A stretch of 64,000 bases of DNA from an uncultured Nitrososphaeraceae archaeon. GTDB taxonomy: Archaea; Thermoproteota; Nitrososphaeria; Nitrososphaerales; Nitrososphaeraceae. A program made the position numbers and the translations under genes. The DNA lies in contig CAWIMJ010000047.1 in the NCBI GenBank assembly GCA_963837175.1, positions 32,001-96,000 on the forward strand, read 5' to 3'. Below, in pieces: positions 55,591-64,000 of this stretch. Every line of letters starts with the position of its first letter. Position 1 is the stretch's first letter. Under the pieces are notes generated by a model. The model did not search any database, was not told the DNA's origin, and worked only from the letters and a program-made list of their open reading frames with translations.

Positions 55591-55674
55591 GATGCTGATG
55601 AAGATCAGGAAGAGCCGACTGATGAATAGTACTTAAACTAACAAATGACGAGGATTATGAGTTCCTGAGGCATC
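55591..55674 (+). ncRNA. Box C/D guide sRNA with two guides
   Basis: Terminal stem GATGC/GCATC; C CTGATGA 55595, D' CTGA 55619, C' ATGACGA 55645, D CTGA 55665; TATA box about 25 nt upstream; guides antisense to a conserved LSU rRNA segment and to a CAU anticodon loop. Confidence 0.85.
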
Positions 55675-56465
55675 TCGTTATAAAATAGGACCAGAAGTTT
55701 GAGAGCCGAGAACGAAAATACCCAAAATCACTCTTCAATACGGAAGTCTGAAAAGAAAATGAAGATCACCTAGAACATATAATGAAGAAAATAGAAGATA
55801 AGCTCGTTATATTTGATGGAATATAATTATAGAATTGATGTTTTCAAGCCAACATTAAAACAAGGAGGGATGTCATATTCGAGATGGACTATCCAGAAGT
55901 ATTCAAATATAAAGTCGATAGGAATACGCCATTAACCTTGAGAATCTTTTGGGAAACTAGTAGACGATCAATAGGAAATAGTGAGATATCTAATTAACAA
56001 CAGACTACTTATTACAGCCCATATATTCTAATCATATATCCTCTGAATTCAGTATTATGCATATAATATACACTAGTATGTTTGACCCTATTTTTATGAC
56101 CCTATCTGAGAAGCCCAGGGATGAGGCTAGGGCTTTATCCAAATCAACCAGAATCAGTCTACACAAAGTAGGATGGGAAGAGGTTCTACAGACGATGCCA
56201 TTTCCTTTCTTGGCTGAGAAAAAACACAACCACAAATCGGTTCTCAAAATAGGGAAGTTAGTCAAAACGTAAAAGAAGCTTAAATGGCTGAAAAGCAAGC
56301 TTTATCGCTACTAAATTTTACATATATCTTTTTCAGTGAGATTGATGCTTTATATGTTCATCAAGTCAGATATAGATTAAGTTCATGATCACTCATTGCT
56401 TCTACGATAGTAATCTCTTTCCGCCTAGTCTACTGAAGGATAAACACAAGCACAAATGATAAGTA

Positions 56466-57710
56466 TCACTTTGGTTGGAGAGCTTCAATAGGCGTAACTC
56501 TTGATGCTTTCCACGCGGGAAGAAGCCCTGCTAGGATACTGAGTCCAACAGAAATTAGCCAGACATTAATCATATCTAACGGTAGATAAACAGGATTTAG
56601 AGGGGGTCCATTTCCAGGACCAGCTCTAGTTAATAAATATCCTCCACCGATTCCGGCTAGTAATCCCAATGTTGCTCCCAAAATACCAATTATTAAAGCT
56701 TCAACTAAAAAAAGAGCAAGAATGTTAGTTTTCTGCGCACCAAGTGCTTTAAGGGTTCCGATTTCTCGTATTCTCTCTATAACTGACGTATAGAGTGTAG
56801 TGATTATTCCAACGGCACCAACAATCAATGAGATAACAGCAATGCTTAATAGAAATGCATCAATTCCTCCCGTAAATTCTTGAACTGTCTTTAGGATGGC
56901 TTTGACGGTGGTAATTCCAATATCATTTCCATAGAGACTTCTGATTTCTTCTTCAACGACATCTACCAATTCACTTGACCGAGAAACTACAAATAATGAA
57001 TCAAACTTACCTGATTTCTGAAGGAATGCATTTCCTGCATCCGTATTAATAATGACAGAGTTGTCTATGGTGGGATTACCCGTAGATTTCATAATTCCTG
57101 TTACAACAAAATTCTTTAATTCTTCTTTAGATTTGCCTGTTATGTCATCTACAAAAGAATACTTTGCTCTGACGCTCTGACCCAAATTGATAAAGGGTGT
57201 TGTTTCTCCTGGTGGAAAGGCTACATTCTCAGCTACAACCATTGCAGAAGGATCATTTTGTCTTAATGCGGAACCCTCTACAAGTTCCAATGTTGGAGCA
57301 ATTACAAATATTTTTTGAGGATCTATGGATAAAACCGCATTGTTTTTGGACTCACCCTGAGACTCTAAGGTGATATCTGCTTGATAGGAAGGAATTACCT
57401 GGTTTATAAATGGAAGTGAACTTAATTTCTCTATGACTGCAGCATTTAATGTAATTTTTGGTGCTGCAGGTGTTGCTGCTCCTCCTACAGGTGGACCGTT
57501 CTGCTCTTGCTGTACACTACTTAAGAATAGTATATTTGGTGCGAGATTGTTAAATTGATTATTAAAAAACACTTCGAATCCTGCACCGAATCCGTTAACT
57601 GCAACTAATAGACTACTCCCTGCCATCACCATCAAAATAGTAAGTATGGATCTGACTTTTCTTTCCTTAAGGGCATCAAATGATAATATGAAAACTTCCT
57701 TGATATCCAT
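56466..57710 (-). CDS. ABC transporter permease (MacB/FtsX family)
   Basis: RSILTIL, large extracellular domain, ERIREIGTLKALGA, PAWKASRVTPIEAL. Confidence 0.93.
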   Translation of the reverse strand: MDIKEVFILSFDALKERKVRSILTILMVMAGSSLLVAVNGFGAGFEVFFNNQFNNLAPNILFLSSVQQEQNGPPVGGAATPAAPKITLNAAVIEKLSSLPFINQVIPSYQADITLESQGESKNNAVLSIDPQKIFVIAPTLELVEGSALRQNDPSAMVVAENVAFPPGETTPFINLGQSVRAKYSFVDDITGKSKEELKNFVVTGIMKSTGNPTIDNSVIINTDAGNAFLQKSGKFDSLFVVSRSSELVDVVEEEIRSLYGNDIGITTVKAILKTVQEFTGGIDAFLLSIAVISLIVGAVGIITTLYTSVIERIREIGTLKALGAQKTNILALFLVEALIIGILGATLGLLAGIGGGYLLTRAGPGNGPPLNPVYLPLDMINVWLISVGLSILAGLLPAWKASRVTPIEALQPK

Positions 57711-57735
57711 TTTACCTTATCCTCTCTTTCTTTTT

Positions 57736-59727
57736 TCAACCATTCCTTCTTTTTTTATCATTTGGTCCGTCTAAAAGAGAATGAATGTCGTCTTCTCCTT
57801 CCTCTTTTTTTATGCTATCTGCGTGCGAGCTTAAAATCTTAGAAAGTTTTGATTTTGATCTCCGTTTTCTGAGCACAACTATCGCCGCTATTATAATACC
57901 GATTACTAGTATTATGGATATAGCAATAATTGAAGAATTACTTTTATTATCACTGCCAATACTACCGATTCCAAAGATGCTTTGTCCTTCACGAGTAGTT
58001 TGTTGTATAGGTTTGAAGTCTACTGATCCATTCAGTGTTAATTCATGAAGTATTCTTAGATTGTCTCTATATGAAACTCTAAGATAGACAGGATAGATTC
58101 CGGCTTTAATACTATTTTTTATCAAAAGAGGAATGCTGAATGGTAAGGGAGAATTTTCAGTAAGATCACCAAGATACTGTTGGGAAGGAAAGCTTTCAAC
58201 AAGACTTTTTTCTTTTGAGAATGGAGATTTAATCAACTCAACAGTGGTAAAAAGTGCAACGGTATTTCCTTCATTTAAAAGATTTCCCACAAGGTTCGGC
58301 TTATCCCCAATTATGTTAATATCAAGATCGTATACTTTTACACTGATTTCACCATCCACGTATGATCCTAGGTTAATAGTTTCTGTCTTTGATTGTTCAT
58401 CTGACACATATTGTATTTTGACTGAAAATTGTATTGGCTTGCCAATAATATCATCTGATGCAAAGACTGTTGTAGATAAATTCAATTTGGATTCCGGCAT
58501 CAAGTTCTCAAACGTCCATTTCGAATTTCCAAGGATTTTAACTGTATCCGCCTGCGAAGCAAGAGTGATTACTAGATCGGTTACGGGTTTTTTGCCTTCG
58601 TTGGCGACATTGAACTCCATCCATTGGATCTTTCCAGCTTTTAGAATAATAGAAGAATTTTGGTTGTTAGAGGAAACACCTGGCTCTGCGTTTAAAATTG
58701 ATTGTGGAGCTCTAGCAGATACGACTAGACCTACGGATTGATCAGAGTTCTTTACGTTACCATAAGCATCTCCATACGATATTTGAAGAGCAAGATTTTG
58801 CACTGTCTCAGCAGCAGAATTACTTGGATAAAGTAATGAATTTATTTCAGCTGTTCCATTGCTAGGAATATTACCTATATCAAAGGTACTATTTCCTATG
58901 TTTACTAGTGAAATAGACCCTGTTACACCACCGCCACTAGCACCATTAACACTAGATGATGAATTGCTACTAGAAGGAGAATTACTTGCACTAGAAGCCT
59001 CATTAAGCGAGACAACCACGCCACTAGCGTTGGCAGTACCCTTATTCTTTATAGTTATCTTAACCGTGTTTGAAGAACCTGGGATTAAATGAGGATTTTC
59101 TGATAGCACATCTAAAACTACTTTTCCTGTTACACGAAAGGGAATTGAAATATTTTTTACTGTAATTTGGCCCGTTTCGAGCACCTTAGAGTAAATTAGA
59201 TCAAGTGACCCAGTGTACCATCCTATTTCTGCATTTTTTAATACATTGATATCAAAATAAAGAGTGAATGTATCTCCTGATTTGACAATTGAATTATAAG
59301 AATCTACTGAATATTGTGATGAGTTTGATATATTATTTCGGATGTCCTGTGGTAATACTCCAATCGTTGTGAAGCCTGATGGGAGACTCAGATATCCTTT
59401 CACTGCAGTAATATCAGAGCGAGCTTTGTTAACGAGTACTATCGCAAGTGTAGCTGCACCTTCTCCAGGACCAACTTCCTTCTTTACAGGATCACTAGTA
59501 TTGGTGGTGTCAGATGAAGATATTGCATTATTGTCTGTCCAGTAGGCATCCTGGAAAGCGGGATCTTTATCAGTCTGAGCATTTGCATTAGTTAGTGTCC
59601 AAGCAGATGGAAGAACTATCATAATACTGATAAGAAAAGATACAAAAGGTGTAGTAGATGATTTTTTGATTTGACCAGTTAATTCAGGCCAGAGATCTTT
59701 TTTGTGAGTAGATACTATTTTCTTCAT
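57736..59727 (-). CDS. COG1361-type S-layer-domain protein
   Basis: N-terminal signal/TM, repeated Ig-like N.G..A modules, C-terminal TM plus basic tail, located between ABC genes. Confidence 0.8.
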   Translation of the reverse strand: MKKIVSTHKKDLWPELTGQIKKSSTTPFVSFLISIMIVLPSAWTLTNANAQTDKDPAFQDAYWTDNNAISSSDTTNTSDPVKKEVGPGEGAATLAIVLVNKARSDITAVKGYLSLPSGFTTIGVLPQDIRNNISNSSQYSVDSYNSIVKSGDTFTLYFDINVLKNAEIGWYTGSLDLIYSKVLETGQITVKNISIPFRVTGKVVLDVLSENPHLIPGSSNTVKITIKNKGTANASGVVVSLNEASSASNSPSSSNSSSSVNGASGGGVTGSISLVNIGNSTFDIGNIPSNGTAEINSLLYPSNSAAETVQNLALQISYGDAYGNVKNSDQSVGLVVSARAPQSILNAEPGVSSNNQNSSIILKAGKIQWMEFNVANEGKKPVTDLVITLASQADTVKILGNSKWTFENLMPESKLNLSTTVFASDDIIGKPIQFSVKIQYVSDEQSKTETINLGSYVDGEISVKVYDLDINIIGDKPNLVGNLLNEGNTVALFTTVELIKSPFSKEKSLVESFPSQQYLGDLTENSPLPFSIPLLIKNSIKAGIYPVYLRVSYRDNLRILHELTLNGSVDFKPIQQTTREGQSIFGIGSIGSDNKSNSSIIAISIILVIGIIIAAIVVLRKRRSKSKLSKILSSHADSIKKEEGEDDIHSLLDGPNDKKRRNG

Positions 59728-59730
59728 ATT

Positions 59731-60492
59731 TTAGTTGATAGCCTCTTTCTCTATTATTCCGTCCTTGAGGTGGATAACCCTATCTGTTGCTTTGGAGAGA
59801 TCAGGATTATGAGTTACCATTATTATAGTCCTTCTAAACCTGTTTGAAAGCATCTTTAATAAATTAAAAACATCCTGTCCTGTCTTGGTATCGAGGTTAC
59901 CAGTTGGTTCGTCTGCAAGAATTACTACAGGATTGTTCATTATTGATCTTGCTATTGCTACTCTCTGCTGTTCTCCGCCACTTAGGTTTGAAGGTGTTGA
60001 TTTAGCCTTCTCTTTTATTCCGAGAATGTCTAATAACTTTAATGCCCGTGCAATCCTTTCATTCTTTTTCATTCCAGCTAATATTGCTGGAATTTCAACA
60101 TTCTTTAAAACAGTAGTTCTGTTAATTAAATTGTAGGATTGAAAGATAAAGCCTATTAAATTGTTTCTAAATAAGGCAATCTCATAATCGTTTAGGGAAA
60201 AAATATCCAGATCTTTTAAATAGACTTTGCCTAAGGTTGGCCTGTCTAAAGCTCCTAGAATGTTTAGTAGAGTCGATTTTCCACTTCCAGAAGGTCCGAC
60301 AATAGATACAAATTCTCCTTTCTTTATTCTAAAGTTAATATTTTTAAGCACAACAATACCGCCTGCTGGTGAATGAAAAATCTTAGAGAGATTTTCAACG
60401 CTTAAGATATATGCATCTTTCTCAGCATTATTCCAGTTGTTTGTCCGGGTATCTTTAGCACTCATTATATTGTAACTCTTTTTTTTATTCAC
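59731..60492 (-). CDS. ABC transporter ATP-binding protein (LolD/MacB-like)
   Basis: GPSGSGKST, LSGGEQQRVAIAR, ADEPTGNLD, VTH. Confidence 0.95.
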   Translation of the reverse strand: MNKKKSYNIMSAKDTRTNNWNNAEKDAYILSVENLSKIFHSPAGGIVVLKNINFRIKKGEFVSIVGPSGSGKSTLLNILGALDRPTLGKVYLKDLDIFSLNDYEIALFRNNLIGFIFQSYNLINRTTVLKNVEIPAILAGMKKNERIARALKLLDILGIKEKAKSTPSNLSGGEQQRVAIARSIMNNPVVILADEPTGNLDTKTGQDVFNLLKMLSNRFRRTIIMVTHNPDLSKATDRVIHLKDGIIEKEAIN

Positions 60493-61386
60493 TATTTGAT
60501 CTCTTTAGTCAATTTAATTTATAATGTATCTATCATTACATTTGTTTTGCTGATATTTATCGCACCTACATCACTAGCACATTCTTTTAAATTAAAATCT
60601 ATCACAGGATCAACATCAGCGTAATCAAAATACTTTCCTCTTTTTTCTGCTGCTAATATGTAGTTAGTCATTTCGAAGCAGATCATAGCATCTGGCATAA
60701 CTAGACAAAAATTCTTCTCCCTCATTTCTGACGTCTGTGTGATTCGCTTATCCAACAGACACTTGGGTATTGCTTGGTACACTATCACGTTGTAATATCT
60801 TAGCAGTATATAACTCATACTTCTCCTTATTTAAATATAAGATAATAGCGTAAGCAGCTTCATCAATCTATAATTGTTAAACATCAAAAGTACAATTTTG
60901 AAAAGAAAGTGATTTTCGATATTTCTGCAAGTACTCATCTCCGAATAAGCCTCAAAGGATTTTGCATTATGCTATTTAATAATTTTCCTTAAATACTTAA
61001 GCATCATCAATGCCAATTCATGTGATATCATTTTACTGGTAAAATCATAAACGTTAGGTCTTTTTTTCAGATTATACTAATTTATAACCTTTGTATTCCA
61101 AATGGATATAAAAGTTTTATTTCGATATGAATACAGTCCTTTGACTGCAATCATCATTAGACATTCCATCACTAACATTGATTCGGATTTTGCAAGACTG
61201 ATACTAAATGTATGAATCATCTTTGTTCAGGTAATGGATAAAAATTTAATTGAGTTTAAACTGTCTAGCATACATATACTTTTGAATTAATTTATTGTTA
61301 GTTTTTTTTCTACTATATTGTCGTCATAGATTGTCTAACATTCTTTTATTAAAAAAATTCAAACATAAAAAAGGTAGGTCAATGGT

Positions 61387-61704
61387 ATGAAGAATAGATC
61401 CGAGATAGAAATTATGGCAGCCATACTGCGCTGTGCAACAGCTAATTGGGAATATAAAACTACTATTATGAATAATGCATCAGTATCACATTCACAATTA
61501 ATTAGATATCTTGCTATTGCAGAAGATAGAGGTTTAATTGAATATTCAAAAATAACAGGTCTATATAGAACTACAGAAGCAGGACTAATATTCTTGGATA
61601 AACATGACGAGATTCTGCTTCTTTTACCTTCAATTACAGATTTACCTGATGTTATTCATCATTCAGAAGAGAATTCAGTAGTAAGTGAAACTATCACAGA
61701 GTAA
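61387..61704 (+). CDS. Winged-helix transcriptional regulator (archaeal)
   Basis: RSEIEIMAAIL...KTTIM...YL...GLI...YRTTEAG pattern. Confidence 0.8.
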   Translation: MKNRSEIEIMAAILRCATANWEYKTTIMNNASVSHSQLIRYLAIAEDRGLIEYSKITGLYRTTEAGLIFLDKHDEILLLLPSITDLPDVIHHSEENSVVSETITE

Positions 61705-61723
61705 TGATAAGATCATTAAAATT

Positions 61724-62320
61724 CTATTGAGTATTAGAATGAATTACCTTTACATGTTTTGACAGCAATTCTTTGTCATTATATTGATTACTGCAGTGAG
61801 GGCAAACTAGTCCATCTCTTTTGTCTATAAGAGATGTAGAAGCAAATGGGCTCATTATGCAGACGGCTGAATCTAATTTGAATGCATTCAGTGTTTGCAC
61901 TACTGCCTTCTCTGTCCTTATTACGATATCTTCTCTACTTATAGTGCCATATACTTTAGAATTCGAACTTACAACTAGTTGTCTTATATTATGTTTTTCC
62001 ATTGCAGCAAGTGCATCTAAAATGGACACTTCAGGTGGTACAGATATTATTGGTGAGGACATTATATCCTCAAGCCGTGTGCGTTCTGGTGATTTATGCA
62101 ATGACACTATTCGATATAAGATATCTGTTTTAGATACTAGGCCTATTATTTCCTTCTTTGAATCAGATACAAGAACAGAACGGACAGAGCGATCTCGCAT
62201 AACTGCTATAGCTTCGGCTGCTGTTTGAGAACGGTCTAAAATCGCCATATTTTGTTGCACAATCGACGAAACAGGCATAGATAAAAATGACTTAGCATTA
62301 TTATCTCCTGAAGTAATCAA
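61724..62320 (-). CDS. CBS-pair protein with C-terminal C2H2 zinc finger
   Basis: Two CBS repeats; CPHC...LSKHVKVIH. Confidence 0.85.
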   Translation of the reverse strand: MITSGDNNAKSFLSMPVSSIVQQNMAILDRSQTAAEAIAVMRDRSVRSVLVSDSKKEIIGLVSKTDILYRIVSLHKSPERTRLEDIMSSPIISVPPEVSILDALAAMEKHNIRQLVVSSNSKVYGTISREDIVIRTEKAVVQTLNAFKLDSAVCIMSPFASTSLIDKRDGLVCPHCSNQYNDKELLSKHVKVIHSNTQ

Positions 62321-62463
62321 TATTGTACAATATTTAATGAATTATTTAAAGTTGTATTTATTCCATGTGACCGGCTATTATACACGAATGCCTGGTTATA
62401 ATGAGATCTTATATTTACCTGTCACTAGCGTCGAGTAGTTAATAAAAGATAGTATTTTCATCA

Positions 62464-63156
62464 TTGATCATGAGGCTTGCTTCACTATTCTCTGGCGGAA
62501 AAGATAGTACTTTCTCAATAGTCAAAATGAAAGAACTCGGGCATGAAGTAGTATGTCTGATCACTATGAAACCTCAGACAGATGATAGCCTGTTATTTCA
62601 CTATCCAAATAGTGGACTGACTAAACAACTTGGAGAAGCCATGGGGATCCCGTCATTTAGATTCGCCTTAAAGAAATCATCTAAAGAAGAGGAAGTAAAT
62701 TCACTCGAATATGCAATTAAAAAGATAAAATCTATTCATAATATTCAAGGATTAGTTCATGGTGGGATATCAAGTGTCTTTCAAAAAGACAATTTTCAGA
62801 GAGTCTGCTCAAAGCAAGAACTTGAAATATTTGCTCCATTATGGGGTATAGAACCTTTTCGATACATGACTCATCTCATTGATAAAAAATTTTGTATTAA
62901 AATCGTTGGTGTATCTGCTATGGGGTTAGATCAAAATTGGCTTGGAGTTACATTAGACAAGCATTCTTTAGGCAAGTTAGAATTTTTGAGCAAAAAATAT
63001 GGATTTAATTTAACTTTTGAAGGTGGAGAAGCCGAAACTTTGATTGTAGATTGTCCTATCTTTAAGAAGAGATTAAAGATAAATGATTTCAGAATCCACT
63101 GGGATGGACAAAGGGGAATATTTGAAATATTAGAAGCTTCATTAGTATCCAAGTAA
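62464..63156 (+). CDS. Diphthine--ammonia ligase (Dph6 family)
   Basis: LFSGGKDS PP-loop, APLWG, FEGGEAET.IVDCPIF. Confidence 0.88.
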   Translation: MIMRLASLFSGGKDSTFSIVKMKELGHEVVCLITMKPQTDDSLLFHYPNSGLTKQLGEAMGIPSFRFALKKSSKEEEVNSLEYAIKKIKSIHNIQGLVHGGISSVFQKDNFQRVCSKQELEIFAPLWGIEPFRYMTHLIDKKFCIKIVGVSAMGLDQNWLGVTLDKHSLGKLEFLSKKYGFNLTFEGGEAETLIVDCPIFKKRLKINDFRIHWDGQRGIFEILEASLVSK

Positions 63157-63163
63157 TCTTGCT

Positions 63164-64000
63164 ATGCTAGATAACTTAAGAACAGGTCTTCGAAGCGCCT
63201 TAAAAAAAATTGTAGGAGCATCTGATATTAATGAAGAACTTATAGATTCTCTCAGTAAAGACGTCCAAAGAGCATTACTTCAATCGGATGTTAATGTTAG
63301 ACTGGTCTTAATGATAACTACGAATCTAAAAAGTCGGGCAATCAATGAAACTCCACCAAAGGGTTTATCGAGAAAAGATCAAATTATCACTATTCTTTAT
63401 GGCGAACTTGCAAAACTACTTGGCTATGCAGGAGAGCCAATAAAAAGCGTTGATAAATCGGTGGATTTGAACGACGAACATATCGTTTCTTTCAAGGCAG
63501 GAAAGCAAAATATTGTACTCATGCTTGGTGTCCAAGGCAGTGGAAAGACAACAGTAACTGTCAAATTTGCTAGGTGGCTAACAAGGCATGGATATCGCGT
63601 TGCAGTAATTGGAGCAGATACATGGCGACCTGGTGCGCTGACCCAATTAAAAATGAATTGCAATAAAATTAATGTAGAGGTATTTGGTGATGAAAATAAC
63701 AAAGATGCTGTTCAAATCGTAAGAGATGGTCTGAATTATTACAAATCACAGAATATGGATGTTATACTTATTGATACTGCCGGAAGACACAAGGAAGAGA
63801 GTGGACTTTTGGAGGAAATGAACGCTATGTATAAGGTGGCAATACCCGATTTGGTTTTACTAGTAATAGACGGAACAATAGGTCAGCAAGCCTACAACCA
63901 GGCCAAAGCCTTCCATGAAACTGCACCTGTTGGCGGAATTATTATAACGAAACTTGATGGGACAGCCAAGGGTGGCGGCGCAATTGCCTCATCCGCTGCC
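63164..64000 (+). CDS. srp54: Signal recognition particle protein SRP54 (truncated by window edge)
   Basis: MLDNL..., RALLQSDVN, GVQGSGKTT, DTWRPGA, DTAGRH, TKLDGTAKGGGA; absent from the ORF track. Confidence 0.95.
   Translation, partial: MLDNLRTGLRSALKKIVGASDINEELIDSLSKDVQRALLQSDVNVRLVLMITTNLKSRAINETPPKGLSRKDQIITILYGELAKLLGYAGEPIKSVDKSVDLNDEHIVSFKAGKQNIVLMLGVQGSGKTTVTVKFARWLTRHGYRVAVIGADTWRPGALTQLKMNCNKINVEVFGDENNKDAVQIVRDGLNYYKSQNMDVILIDTAGRHKEESGLLEEMNAMYKVAIPDLVLLVIDGTIGQQAYNQAKAFHETAPVGGIIITKLDGTAKGGGAIASSAA

Noticed and set aside
56333-56392. Second C/D-like box arrangement on the minus strand (GTGATCA, CTGA, TGATGA, CTGA)
   Set aside because: Degenerate C box, no terminal stem, AT-rich guides with no recognisable rRNA or tRNA target.
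60519-60818. 99-aa minus-strand ORF upstream of the ABC operon (also 31913-32173 and 49673-49936)
   Set aside because: No recognisable motif; may be chance ORFs or remnants.
1-64000. CRISPR array, transposase, integrase or provirus
   Set aside because: No regularly spaced repeats and no mobile-element or cas ORFs recognised.

Overview
AT-rich archaeal chromosomal segment. Gene content (AOA-type NirK, P-II, CofE and an F420 LLM enzyme, archaeal ProS/SRP54/Dph6/aIF5A, PurN-FolD) points to an ammonia-oxidising Nitrososphaerales (thaumarchaeal) genome. Most genes are housekeeping: thi4, trxB, tusA plus cysteine synthase, purine and pyrimidine synthesis, carAB, uppS, hemB and an ABC exporter with an S-layer-domain protein. 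Long spacers contain gene remnants. Main finding: carB is interrupted after codon 25 by a 22-nt insert (26536-26557, minus strand) that folds into an archaeal bulge-helix-bulge (BHB) splice substrate. Cutting it at the canonical positions restores the invariant GEFDYSG motif exactly, so it looks like a tRNA-type intron in an mRNA. Also found outside the ORF track: a two-intron tRNA-Tyr, a double-guide box C/D sRNA and aIF5A. Six genes carry single-base frameshifts; four of these fall on GCWGC sites and are probably methylation-linked sequencing errors. All product calls come from motif recognition by eye; no database searches were run.
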